A stretch of DNA of 52,527 nt from an uncultured Geothermobacter sp. (GCA_964441925.1 CAYTVY010000002.1:1-52527), one strand, 5' to 3'. Counted from the stretch's first letter, positions 37,621-46,386 are shown. Notes: generated by a model from the sequence alone, not told the origin. Numbers and translations: made by a program.

Positions 37621-37869
37621 ATGCTCGTACTGACACGCAAAAGCGGAGAAGGAATCATCATCGGGGACGATGTCCGGATCACCGTCGTCGAGGTGCGGGG
37701 CAACAGCATCCGGCTGGGCATCGACGCACCACGGTCGAAGAAGATCCACCGTCTCGAGGTCTACGAACGGATCACCAACGAAAACCGGAAGGCGACGCAA
37801 TGGGAACCTGTGGATCTGCAAACCCTGAGCCGAAAACTCGACACGAACAAGAAACGGCCACGACCATGA
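37621..37869 (+). CDS. csrA: Translational regulator CsrA
   Basis: MLVLTRKSGEGIIIGDDVRITVVEVRG..IRLGIDAP...IHR.EVY, with the C-terminal extension typical of FliW-paired CsrA. Confidence 0.97.
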   Translation: MLVLTRKSGEGIIIGDDVRITVVEVRGNSIRLGIDAPRSKKIHRLEVYERITNENRKATQWEPVDLQTLSRKLDTNKKRPRP

Positions 37870-38288
37870 AAATCACCGGCACCCGCTTCGGAGACATCGA
37901 ATACCAGGAAACCAACCTCATCCACTTTCCCGAGGGGCTGATCGGCTTCGAACGGCTGCGCGACTTCGTCGTCATGCCCAACCGGGAAGGCGAGCTGCTC
38001 TTCTGGATCCAGAGTGTCGAGGACAGGGACATCGCCTTTCTGCTCACCGAACCGGGCAACTTCTTCCTCGACTACCAGGTCGTTCCCGACAAGACCGAAA
38101 TGGCCAAACTGAACATCAGCCGCCCCGAGCAGGCCCACGCCCTGGCCATCGTCACCATCCACCCCGACAAATCGGTCACCCTGAACCTGGCGGCGCCGCT
38201 GCTCTTCGCTCCGGAAACCAACCGCTGCCTGCAGGTGATCCTCGAAGGCGCCCCCTACAACACCCGCACCCCCCTGCCGACGGTCTGA
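37866..38288 (+). CDS. fliW: Flagellar assembly factor FliW
   Basis: TRFG.I...I.FPEGLIGFE...WIQS...NL.APL...QVIL; start overlaps the csrA stop. Confidence 0.95.
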   Translation: MKITGTRFGDIEYQETNLIHFPEGLIGFERLRDFVVMPNREGELLFWIQSVEDRDIAFLLTEPGNFFLDYQVVPDKTEMAKLNISRPEQAHALAIVTIHPDKSVTLNLAAPLLFAPETNRCLQVILEGAPYNTRTPLPTV

Positions 38289-38321
38289 GACCCCGCTTTC
38301 ACACAACGCCAAACACCTGCC

Positions 38322-38348
38322 GACCGGGGGCCCGCCCCCGGTCTTTTT
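38322..38348 (+). terminator. Rho-independent terminator after fliW
   Basis: GACCGGGGG-cccg-CCCCCGGTC followed by TTTTT. Confidence 0.8.
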
Positions 38349-38373
38349 CCATCATCCCCGCGACAAAAAATCC

Positions 38374-38401
38374 TAAAGCCCGTGCCGCCTCCGGCCGATA
38401 C
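38374..38401 (+). promoter_or_regulatory. Sigma28 promoter for fliC
   Basis: TAAA-N16-GCCGATAC, preceded by an A-tract. Confidence 0.85.
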
Positions 38402-38407
38402 GTGTCA

Positions 38408-38542
38408 GTGAACACGGGGAATACCTGGCCAGGGAGGTTGAGCATCTGACATGGATTGCGGCCGCCCCATGGAGTTCATCACACCACCTCGTCTCTGAAC
38501 GGGCACGGAAGCCCGAAAAAAACTTCACGGAGGATAGGAACC
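38408..38542 (+). promoter_or_regulatory. fliC 5' leader with multiple CsrA-type GGA sites
   Basis: Eight GGA motifs, including hairpin CGGGC-ACGGAA-GCCCG (38500-38515) and ACGGAGGATAGGA over the RBS. Confidence 0.75.
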
Positions 38543-39919
38543 ATGGCACTGACGATCAACACCAACATCGCTTCTCTGAACGCCCAGCGCAACCTCAACA
38601 AGTCCCAGGGTGCCCTGGCCAAGTCGATGCAGCGCCTCTCTTCGGGCCTTCGCATCAACAGCGCCAAGGACGACGCCGCCGGCCTGGCCATCTCCAACCG
38701 GATGACGGCCCAGATCCGGGGACTGAACCAGGCCGCCCGCAATGCCAACGACGGCATTTCCATGGCCCAGACCGCTGAGGGCGCCCTGCAGGAGAGCACC
38801 AACATCCTGCAGCGCATGCGCGAACTGGCCGTCCAGGCCGCCAATGACACCAACTCGGCCACCGACCGCCAGTCGATCCAGGCCGAGGTCGATCAGCTCA
38901 TCTCCGAGCTCGACCGGATCGCCAACACCACCTCCTTCAACGGCCGGAAACTCCTGGATGGCAGCATGACCAACGCCACCTTCCAGGTCGGCGCCAACGC
39001 CGGCCAGACGATCTCCTTCTCGATCGCCGCCGCCGGCTCCACCGACCTCGGCCAGATCGCTCAGGCCACCGGCTCGAGCGCCGTCAACGGTACCGCTTCC
39101 AACGGCAGCAACATCCAGATCAACGGGGTCAACGTGGTCGATTCCTCGACGTTCGTGGACGGCACCGCCGGCAAGACCAGCGACAGCGCCCTGGCCCTGG
39201 CCAAGGCGATCAACGCCAGCGGCGTCGGCGCCCGCGCCGAGGCCCAGGCGACCTCGTTGACGGTCGACGCCAGTGGCGGCATTTCGGCGGACGCCACCCT
39301 GACCCTGAACGGGAAGGTGGTCTTCGACGGCACCGGCACGCCGACCACCCTTGACGATGTCGCCAAGCAGATCAACGTCTTCTCCGGCGACACAGGCGTC
39401 ACCGCCACCGTCAACGGCACCAACATCGTGCTGACCGCCGCCGACGGCCGCAACATCGACATCACCACCGCCGGTGGCACCACCAACCCGTTCTCGGTCG
39501 GCACGACCCGCGGCTCGATCAAGCTTACCTCCCAGGACAACATCACCCTGGACGCGGGCAACAGCATCCTTGGCTTCACCGGCACCACCATCGCCAAGGA
39601 CACCGCCACCCTGTCGTCGGTCAAGGTGACCACGGCCTCCGATGCCTCCTCGGCCATCGACCGCATCGACTCGGCCATCAGCACCATCGACTCGATCCGG
39701 GGTGATCTCGGCGCGGTGCAGAACCGCTTCGAATCGACCATCGCCAACCTGCAGAACGTTGCCGAGAACCTGTCGGCGGCCCGTTCGCGCATCCTCGATG
39801 CCGACATCGCCCAGGAAACCTCCTCGATGACCAAGAACAACATCCTGCAGCAGGCCGGCGTCTCGGTTCTGGCCCAGGCCAACCAGGCGCCGCAGCTCGC
39901 CCTGTCGCTGCTGAAGTAA
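38543..39919 (+). CDS. fliC: Flagellin
   Basis: [18 protein letters not shown]...[20 protein letters not shown]...LGAVQNRF...[10 protein letters not shown]...[13 protein letters not shown], with a Thr/Gly-rich variable centre. Confidence 0.98.
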   Translation: MALTINTNIASLNAQRNLNKSQGALAKSMQRLSSGLRINSAKDDAAGLAISNRMTAQIRGLNQAARNANDGISMAQTAEGALQESTNILQRMRELAVQAANDTNSATDRQSIQAEVDQLISELDRIANTTSFNGRKLLDGSMTNATFQVGANAGQTISFSIAAAGSTDLGQIAQATGSSAVNGTASNGSNIQINGVNVVDSSTFVDGTAGKTSDSALALAKAINASGVGARAEAQATSLTVDASGGISADATLTLNGKVVFDGTGTPTTLDDVAKQINVFSGDTGVTATVNGTNIVLTAADGRNIDITTAGGTTNPFSVGTTRGSIKLTSQDNITLDAGNSILGFTGTTIAKDTATLSSVKVTTASDASSAIDRIDSAISTIDSIRGDLGAVQNRFESTIANLQNVAENLSAARSRILDADIAQETSSMTKNNILQQAGVSVLAQANQAPQLALSLLK

Positions 39920-39934
39920 GCGGAAAACCGGGTT

Positions 39935-39967
39935 CGGGGGCCGGCCTTCCGGCCCCCGCCCTTTCCC
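39935..39967 (+). terminator. Strong hairpin after fliC (partial terminator or stability element)
   Basis: CGGGGGCCGG-cctt-CCGGCCCCCG followed by CCCTTTCCC. Confidence 0.55.
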
Positions 39968-39999
39968 GTGCGGCCCCAGGTTAGCGAAGGGAGGCTGGC

Positions 40000-40347
40000 A
40001 TGAGCGTGACAGCAATCAATACGGGAGGGGGGATCGGCCCTCCCCGCCCCCCGGATCCGCCGGAGCAGGTGCAGCAGACCAGGCTCCAGGCCCAGGAGCT
40101 TCCTGACAGCGAAAAAGCCGGGAAAATGGTGGGCCCCGAAGAACTGCTCGACCGGATCAGGGAACTGGCCGGCAACGGAACCTACAGTGTCCAGTTCGAG
40201 ATGAACGAAGAGATCAAGACCCTGGTGGTTCGGGTGGTCGACCGGGAAACGGGCGAGGTCATCCGCCAGATTCCCAGCGAAGAACTCCTGAAAACCATCA
40301 AGGCGCTGCGTGACTTGCGTGGTCTGATCGTCGACACGGAAAGTTGA
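40000..40347 (+). CDS. flaG: Flagellar protein FlaG
   Basis: VVRVVDRETGEVIRQIPSEELL...GLIVD. Confidence 0.93.
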   Translation: MSVTAINTGGGIGPPRPPDPPEQVQQTRLQAQELPDSEKAGKMVGPEELLDRIRELAGNGTYSVQFEMNEEIKTLVVRVVDRETGEVIRQIPSEELLKTIKALRDLRGLIVDTES

Positions 40348-40372
40348 ATCCCCAAAACGAAGGCGAGAAGTC

Positions 40373-41749
40373 ATGGCCATCAACTTCAACGGACTGGCAA
40401 CCGGTATCGACACCCAGACCCTCGTTCAGGGACTGATGGAGGCGGAGCGCAAGCCTCTTGAATCTCTGCAACTGGACCGTAAGTACCAGAACGCCCGTCT
40501 CGATGCCTACAGAACCCTCGACGACTCGCTCTCCGAACTGCTGGACAAGGTTCGCGATCTTGCCGCAACCGACAAACTCCAGGCACGAAAAGCCGAGGTC
40601 GCCGGCGACCCCCTGGTTTCGGTCACCACGACCACCTCCTCCGCCATCGCCGGCAGCTATCAGATCAAGTCGTTCAGCTTCGCCCAGGTGGAGAAGGATA
40701 TCTCGCAGGGCTACGCCGACAAGACCGCCGCCTCGTTCGGTACCGGTACCATCAGCATCACCATCGGCGGGGTCGGCAACACCATCACCATCGACAGCAG
40801 CAACAATTCCCTGGAAGGGATCGTGAGCGCCATCAACGGCGCCAACCTCGACGTCACGGCCGCAATCATCAACGACGGCACCGCCAGTCCGTACCGGCTG
40901 GTGGTGTCCGGCAAAAAGGCGGGTGATCCCGCCACCGTCGGCTTCAGCATCGACTTCTCCGGCCTGACCGGCGGCAGCTACGCCAACCCGGTCATGACCG
41001 AAACCCAGCAGGCCAGCCAGGCCCACATCCAGGTGGACGGTGTCGACATCTACAGCGACAGCAACGCTTTCACCGACGCCATCCCGGGGGTCACCTTCAC
41101 ACTCGACCAGGCCGATGGCGGCGTCACCAGCGCCACCCTGACCGTGACTCCGGACCTGGATGCCACCAAGCAGAAAATCAAGGACTTCGTCACCAGCTAT
41201 AACAAGATCATGACGTTTGTCTCCAGCCAGTCGGCCAAGGACGGAAAACAGGCCGGCATTCTGGCTGGCGATGCCGGCATGAACGGCATCAAGCGCCGGC
41301 TGCAGAATCTCCTGACGACAATCGTCGACACCGGCGGCACCTTCCGGAGCCTGGCCGATCTCGGCCTTGAAACTCAACGGGACGGCACCCTGGTGGTCGA
41401 CGATACCCAGCTCTCCGACGCCGTCGACCGCGACCTCGAGAGTGTCGTCACCCTGCTGGCCGGCAACGATTCGGTGGAGGGGATCGCCAAGGCGTTCCAG
41501 ACAGCCCTGGAAGGCATGACCGACGCCACCAATGGCTTTCTCGCTTCCAAGGAGGCGAGCATCAACCGCAATATCGCCCGCATCGACGATGCCATTGCCC
41601 GTATGGAGGATCGGCTCGACAAACGCGAGCAACGCCTCTACGACCAGTTCAACGCCATGGAACAGCTGGTCAGCTCCCTCAACGCCCAGGGTGACTATCT
41701 GACCCAGCAGATGACCATGCTGCAGAACATGTGGAGTAAGAAATCATGA
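40373..41749 (+). CDS. fliD: Flagellar filament cap protein FliD
   Basis: GLATGIDT..LV..LM.AE; IPGVTFTL; FV.SYN; QFNAME.LVSSLN.Q..YL. Confidence 0.96.
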   Translation: MAINFNGLATGIDTQTLVQGLMEAERKPLESLQLDRKYQNARLDAYRTLDDSLSELLDKVRDLAATDKLQARKAEVAGDPLVSVTTTTSSAIAGSYQIKSFSFAQVEKDISQGYADKTAASFGTGTISITIGGVGNTITIDSSNNSLEGIVSAINGANLDVTAAIINDGTASPYRLVVSGKKAGDPATVGFSIDFSGLTGGSYANPVMTETQQASQAHIQVDGVDIYSDSNAFTDAIPGVTFTLDQADGGVTSATLTVTPDLDATKQKIKDFVTSYNKIMTFVSSQSAKDGKQAGILAGDAGMNGIKRRLQNLLTTIVDTGGTFRSLADLGLETQRDGTLVVDDTQLSDAVDRDLESVVTLLAGNDSVEGIAKAFQTALEGMTDATNGFLASKEASINRNIARIDDAIARMEDRLDKREQRLYDQFNAMEQLVSSLNAQGDYLTQQMTMLQNMWSKKS

Positions 41750-42189
41750 ATGCCTTCTGGAATCAGTACCAGCAGAATCAGGTCAACCAGGCGACTCCCG
41801 AACAGATTCTGATCATGCTCTACGATGCCGCCATCCGGCACACGGTCCGCGCCATCGAGGGCATGGCCAACCGTGACCTGGTGGCCAAGGCCGAGGGAAT
41901 CAGCAAGGCGATGCACATCATCACCACCTTCTCCGACACCCTCGACCACCAGATCGGCGGTGAAATCGCCGAAAATCTCGACGCCCTGTACAATTTCATG
42001 GTGCGGGAGCTGTCGACCGCCAACCTGAACAACGATCCGGCACCGCTGAAAAACGTCGAATCGCTGCTGCGCGACTTGCGGAGCACCTGGACGGAAGCGA
42101 TCGCGCTCCATCAGCAGCAGCAGGCCGAAAAACGTGCCGAGCGCACGGGAAAAAACCCCGCAGGCAACTACGCTCAGATGCTGCCCTGA
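41746..42189 (+). CDS. fliS: Flagellin chaperone FliS
   Basis: Y....V..ATPEQ..IMLYD; GGEIA.NL.ALY.FM; L...W. Confidence 0.96.
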   Translation: MNAFWNQYQQNQVNQATPEQILIMLYDAAIRHTVRAIEGMANRDLVAKAEGISKAMHIITTFSDTLDHQIGGEIAENLDALYNFMVRELSTANLNNDPAPLKNVESLLRDLRSTWTEAIALHQQQQAEKRAERTGKNPAGNYAQMLP

Positions 42190-42194
42190 ACCTT

Positions 42195-42289
42195 CACCGG
42201 CGAACCTATGGGTGCGCCTTGGATTTTTGAAAACCGCATTCAGGCCAAGCGCCTGCACTCTTCATCCGGCACAAGCCCACTGATTCAGG
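42195..42289. repeat. Partial inverted copy of the MITE-like repeat
   Basis: Its reverse complement matches 37374-37468 at 89 of 95 positions (hand alignment). Confidence 0.9.
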
Positions 42290-42304
42290 CTGAAAGGAAA
42301 ACCG

Positions 42305-42724
42305 ATGGAACATCCGGACCAGAGCCTCTACGAACTGATGGCGTGCTGCAACGAACACTACCGGGAAATGTTGCGCTTCATGGAGGATCTCTACGCCGAG
42401 ATACCGAAAACGACCGCCTTCGCCGTCAGAGAGTCACTGCGCAGTCTCTCCCAGATGCAGGACCGGGCCAGGCGGCTCGACGGTGAACTGCGCGATCAGG
42501 TCCGGAAATGCGGCCTGGAAAGCCTGCCGGACGAACTTCTCGCCCAACGCCGGGAGCTTTTGGCCGAAGTCGCCCGGATCAACAGTTTGCTGGTCGAGCG
42601 GATCGAGGGTAAGATTGTGGTGCTCGACAACGAGCTGCGCCAAAACCGTCTGGGACGGACGGCCATGGCCGGCTATCGTGGTGCCGGTCCCCGGCGGGGC
42701 CAGGTCGTCCACGTCAATTTCTGA
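42305..42724 (+). CDS. Helical flagellar chaperone-like protein (FliT/FlgN-like)
   Basis: All-helical 139 aa protein after fliS with C-terminal AMAGY; assignment mainly from position. Confidence 0.55.
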   Translation: MEHPDQSLYELMACCNEHYREMLRFMEDLYAEIPKTTAFAVRESLRSLSQMQDRARRLDGELRDQVRKCGLESLPDELLAQRRELLAEVARINSLLVERIEGKIVVLDNELRQNRLGRTAMAGYRGAGPRRGQVVHVNF

Positions 42725-42768
42725 CATCCTTTCATGCCATGCGCCGGGCATACCGGCAGGTCCGAGTC

Positions 42769-43440
42769 ATGGAGACGATCGAACTGCTGGCCGACAACCA
42801 GGTGGTGCGCATCAATGTTCCCCTCACCGGGCACCGCACCCTGAGTCTCGACTGCATTCCCGAACGTGTCGGCAGCGGTTTCTTCGACGTCTCCTTCTTC
42901 CCCGGGCAGTTGCCGGTCGGCGAACTCGACCTCGAAGGTCAGTGCGTCCTCTCCTTCGATGTCGGCGACATGGTCTACGTCGTCAGAGCCGAAATCGAAA
43001 GTCTGTCGGAATCCGGCAAACTGCGCCTGGTCAATATCGAAAGCTTTTCGAGCAGCCAGAAACGGGAATATTTCCGCATCGACACCGAGCTCTCCCTCTT
43101 TTACCGGCCGGTCGACAAAGACGTGGAACATATCGCCGAAAAGGCCAAGGTCAATCTGAGCGGCGGCGGCATCCGTTTTCCCGCCGACACCCATCTGCGC
43201 CTGCGGGACAGGATCCTGGTCAGACTCTGTTTCGATGACCTGACGGAAATCGACACCGAATGTGTCGGCCAGGTGGTCCGCATCGACGAAAAACGGGGGG
43301 GGCACATGGAGGTCGCCGTCGCCTTTCTCGACATTTCCCCCAAGGATCGCGACAAGATCATCTCCTACTGTTTCGCCCGCCAGCGCGAACAGCTGCGCAA
43401 AAGGGTCCAGGTCAAGGAAGACAGCCATGGAGCCGGATGA
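42769..43440 (+). CDS. PilZ-domain c-di-GMP receptor (flagellar-brake-like architecture)
   Basis: N-terminal beta domain, then QKREYFR (RxxxR) and NLSGGG motifs; VAFLDI...RDKIISY. Alternative start at 42739. Confidence 0.85.
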   Translation: METIELLADNQVVRINVPLTGHRTLSLDCIPERVGSGFFDVSFFPGQLPVGELDLEGQCVLSFDVGDMVYVVRAEIESLSESGKLRLVNIESFSSSQKREYFRIDTELSLFYRPVDKDVEHIAEKAKVNLSGGGIRFPADTHLRLRDRILVRLCFDDLTEIDTECVGQVVRIDEKRGGHMEVAVAFLDISPKDRDKIISYCFARQREQLRKRVQVKEDSHGAG

Positions 43441-44147
43441 TGAAGGATCTTGCCTCCGACCTGCAGGAAGGCAGCCTGTTGCGCGTCACCATTCCCCTTG
43501 CCCGGGGGAACCGGATCACCCTCGACGGAGCGGTGGAGGAGGCGGCCGACCCCCTGATCATCCGAATCCGGCCGCCGGACGAAAACGAACCGGTCATCGA
43601 TGACCGTCAGGAATGGGTGCTGACCCGGGATCTCGGTGACAGGGTTCATCTCTACCACGCCGGACTGGTGCGGATTCTCGGGCCCCGCCGCTATGCCCTG
43701 GTTCTCAGGGATCGCCGGACCTACAAATCGACGCGCAAATCCTGCCGCATCCAGGCCCGGGTCCGCATCCGGGAATGGACCGGCCACAGCGTCTGGTCCC
43801 GCCTGCGCAGGGCCAGGCCGCGCCAGGTGACGTTGAGCACCAGCGGCATCTGCTTTCTGACCAACGATCATTTTCATCCCGGACAGAAAGTCAGCCTCGA
43901 AATCAGCCTTCCGGGTCACGCCTTTCGTCCGGTGCGGGCGACGGGCCGGGTCATCAGGGCCGTTGCCAAGGGAGTGGGAAGGCAGGAGATCGCCGTCGCC
44001 TTTCTCGATCTTTCCAGCGAAGATACCGACATCATCGAAACCTTCTTCATCCGCGAACAGTTCCGCGTCATGACCGACCGCGTCAGGTTGCTCGGCGATG
44101 CCCTGAGCCCGAGTCTGAGCGAAGAGGAAAACGGCGATAGAACCTGA
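43437..44147 (+). CDS. Second PilZ-domain protein with a degenerate second motif
   Basis: RKSCR (RxxxR) and TLSTSG; IAVAFLDL; start overlaps the previous stop. Confidence 0.78.
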   Translation: MMKDLASDLQEGSLLRVTIPLARGNRITLDGAVEEAADPLIIRIRPPDENEPVIDDRQEWVLTRDLGDRVHLYHAGLVRILGPRRYALVLRDRRTYKSTRKSCRIQARVRIREWTGHSVWSRLRRARPRQVTLSTSGICFLTNDHFHPGQKVSLEISLPGHAFRPVRATGRVIRAVAKGVGRQEIAVAFLDLSSEDTDIIETFFIREQFRVMTDRVRLLGDALSPSLSEEENGDRT

Positions 44148-44199
44148 CCCGAATCAGTGAGCCTGTCACCGGCGAATAGCGCAAACCCACCGATCCAGG
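44148..44199. repeat. Internally deleted inverted copy of the MITE-like repeat (both ends fused)
   Basis: First 36 nt match the reverse complement of 37501-37536 (32/36); last 16 nt match the reverse complement of 37374-37389 (13/16). Confidence 0.8.
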
Positions 44200-44229
44200 C
44201 CTGATACAGGTGATATTGCATCTTTCGGG

Positions 44230-44257
44230 TAAACCTTTGCCGCCAACCGGCCGATAC
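44230..44257 (+). promoter_or_regulatory. Sigma28 promoter
   Basis: TAAA-N16-GCCGATAC, ending 7 nt before ATG 44265. Confidence 0.8.
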
Positions 44258-44264
44258 GATCGTC

Positions 44265-45284
44265 ATGAGTCTGATCAATCCGCTGGCCGCTCCCGCGGCC
44301 CCGGCCGCCGGTACCGCCACCCTGCAGACCAGGGAAAGCCGGGCGCAGAAACTGCGCAATGACCAGATCGTTCAGGCGACAGTCGTCGAAGGCGGTCTGG
44401 AGAAGGCCCAGCTGCAGGTGGAAGGCAGAACCTACCAGGTCGAGACCGAGATCCCTCTCGCCAGGGGACAGAAACTCGAACTGCAACGAACCGACGGCGA
44501 CGAAAACGGCACTCTCAGGCTGATCCTGCCGAACCTCGACGACCACATACGCCGGGTTCTGCACCTGGTGGGCCGACGTCTGCCGATCGAACAGCTGGCC
44601 GGGATCCTTCCCGACATGAACGATTTCCCGCCGGGCACCCTGCCGAACCCGTCATCCTTCCTGGCCGCCCTGCAGCAGGTCCGGGACGACCCGGCGGAAA
44701 TCGACGGCCGGATTCTGCGGACCATTCTCGGCTTTCTGGGGCTCGACTTCGAGCGGCGGCTGGCGGACGGCCAGACGGACAGGGCCCTGAACAGCCTGAA
44801 AGGTCTGCTGCTCCGCCGGCAGGCGGGGGAGGTTCCCCCGACCGGAGAAAAGACCGAAAATTCTCTGCAGCTTATCGAATCGATGCAGCTTTTTCAGGCC
44901 AAACTGGCCCGGGACGGTGTCTTCTTTCTCCCCCTCCCCCTGCCCTTCATCGACTACGGCTACCTGCTGTACGAAGAAGGCCGCCCCCCGAAGGACCAAG
45001 ACGGACCAACAACGGACCGGTTGCGCATTCTGCTCACCCTGAGTGCCATCGGCACGGTCGACATCAAGCTGCTGAGGGATACCGGCGGACTCGACCTGCG
45101 CCTGGAAGTGGAGCGGGAAGAGGTTCTGGCCGCCGTGAAGGAGCGCCGGCGGCAGCTGCAGGATGCCCTGTCGCCGCTCGGGCTGCGTTCACTGCACCTG
45201 ACCCGGGGACGGGTGCGGCCGGAGAGGCATCTGCTGCATCTGCTGACCGCCGGTGCCGACGGTATTCTCGATACGAGGATCTGA
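44265..45284 (+). CDS. FliK-like (YlqG-like) protein
   Basis: FLPLPLP motif; C-terminal L.LSAIGTVDI.L...LQDAL..LG resembles a FliK C-terminal domain; paired with an FlhB-C gene. Confidence 0.6.
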   Translation: MSLINPLAAPAAPAAGTATLQTRESRAQKLRNDQIVQATVVEGGLEKAQLQVEGRTYQVETEIPLARGQKLELQRTDGDENGTLRLILPNLDDHIRRVLHLVGRRLPIEQLAGILPDMNDFPPGTLPNPSSFLAALQQVRDDPAEIDGRILRTILGFLGLDFERRLADGQTDRALNSLKGLLLRRQAGEVPPTGEKTENSLQLIESMQLFQAKLARDGVFFLPLPLPFIDYGYLLYEEGRPPKDQDGPTTDRLRILLTLSAIGTVDIKLLRDTGGLDLRLEVEREEVLAAVKERRRQLQDALSPLGLRSLHLTRGRVRPERHLLHLLTAGADGILDTRI

Positions 45285-45290
45285 GAAGCC

Positions 45291-45572
45291 ATGGATGCCC
45301 GGGAGAACGGACAGCTGGCGAGTGCGCTGCGCTACGACCCGAAAAGGGACCGCGCCCCAAAAGTCGTCGCCGCCGGCCGCGGCGAGCTGGCCCGCCGTAT
45401 CATCCGGACGGCGGAAAAAACCGGCGTTCCCATCGTCAGTGACGGCGACCTGGTCGAGATCCTGGCCAAAATGCCCCTCGATGCGGAGATTCCGGAAGAA
45501 CTCTACCAGGCGGTCTCCGAGATCCTCGTCTTCGTCTACCGGCTCAACCAGAAGTTCTCTTCAGAGAGCTGA
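45291..45572 (+). CDS. Stand-alone FlhB C-terminal domain protein (FlhX/YlqH-like, EscU/YscU family)
   Basis: ALRYDP..DRAPKVVAAG.GELARRII..A...GVPI..D..L...L......EIPEELYQAVSEILVFVY. Confidence 0.92.
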   Translation: MDARENGQLASALRYDPKRDRAPKVVAAGRGELARRIIRTAEKTGVPIVSDGDLVEILAKMPLDAEIPEELYQAVSEILVFVYRLNQKFSSES

Positions 45573-45575
45573 CCG

Positions 45576-46106
45576 TCATTCCGCCACAAACGCCAGCCCC
45601 ATTTCCCGCATGGCCCCGAGATATTCCCGGTAGTCGGCGGCGGAAAAACAGCAGAAACAGATCTCGTCGAATGCCCCGGGACGGGCGCTGACAAACGCCT
45701 GCACCTCGGCCAGGGCAATCCGGCAGGCCCGGGCAAGAGGAAAACCGTAGGCCCCGGTGCTGATCGCGGGAAAGGCCAGGGTCCGCAGCCCATTGTCGCG
45801 GGCAAGCCGCAGGCAGTTGCGGTAACAGGATGCCAGCAGCGAATCCTCGCCATGACCGCCTCCCCGCCAGACCGGCCCGACGGTATGAATGACAAAATCC
45901 GCCGGCAGGGCGAATCCCGGCGTCCGTTTGGCCTCGCCGGTTTCGCAACCACCCAGAAGGCGGCAGGCCTCGCGCAACTGCGGCCCGGCAGCCCGGTGAA
46001 TGGCGCCGTCGACACCGCCGCCACCGAGCAACGTCCGGTTGGCGGCATTGACGATCGCATCGACCTGCAGACGGGTGATGTCCCCAAGAACCAGCCTGTA
46101 ACGCAT
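45576..46106 (-). CDS. Macrodomain protein, O-acetyl-ADP-ribose deacetylase (YmdB-like)
   Basis: GDIT...[25 protein letters not shown]...VIHTVGP...[13 protein letters not shown]. Confidence 0.95.
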   Translation of the reverse strand: MRYRLVLGDITRLQVDAIVNAANRTLLGGGGVDGAIHRAAGPQLREACRLLGGCETGEAKRTPGFALPADFVIHTVGPVWRGGGHGEDSLLASCYRNCLRLARDNGLRTLAFPAISTGAYGFPLARACRIALAEVQAFVSARPGAFDEICFCCFSAADYREYLGAMREMGLAFVAE

Positions 46107-46321
46107 CGTCCTCACCTCCCGCGTCCATCGATCCCCACCCGAGCCTGACGGCCTTGCCCCCATCCTACCTGGAAAGAGTCGGAACCTTCAACAGGGCCAG
46201 CCAGTAAAACCACGGATCATCCGCAACATGACCGAGCTGAACGCATGACTCAGCGTCTGCCGAACCATTTCGCTGTATTGAAAATTTTATTTTCATTACG
46301 GGAAATTAGGCGATTTTTTTC

Positions 46322-46349
46322 TTGCCCAACACGTTTTGGGGACTATAAT
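46322..46349 (+). promoter_or_regulatory. Sigma70-type promoter for the six-gene signalling operon
   Basis: TTGCCC-N16-TATAAT in an AT-rich context. Confidence 0.55.
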
Positions 46350-46386
46350 GGCGTTTGATTTCACATCCGCAACACGACAAAGACAG

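Noticed and set aside
42208-42486. Small ORF sharing GAPWIFENRIQAK with the ORF at 37360-37821
   Set aside because: The shared peptide only reflects the DNA repeat; no evidence of coding.
37374-44199. Repeats considered as a CRISPR array or an autonomous IS
   Set aside because: No regular repeat-spacer periodicity, no cas or transposase gene, and no consistent target-site duplication.
46107-46386. Possible cyclic-dinucleotide (GEMM) riboswitch or RNA gene in the larger intergenic regions
   Set aside because: I could not find the characteristic GEMM motifs or any tRNA/rRNA signature by eye; an Infernal/Rfam scan would be decisive.
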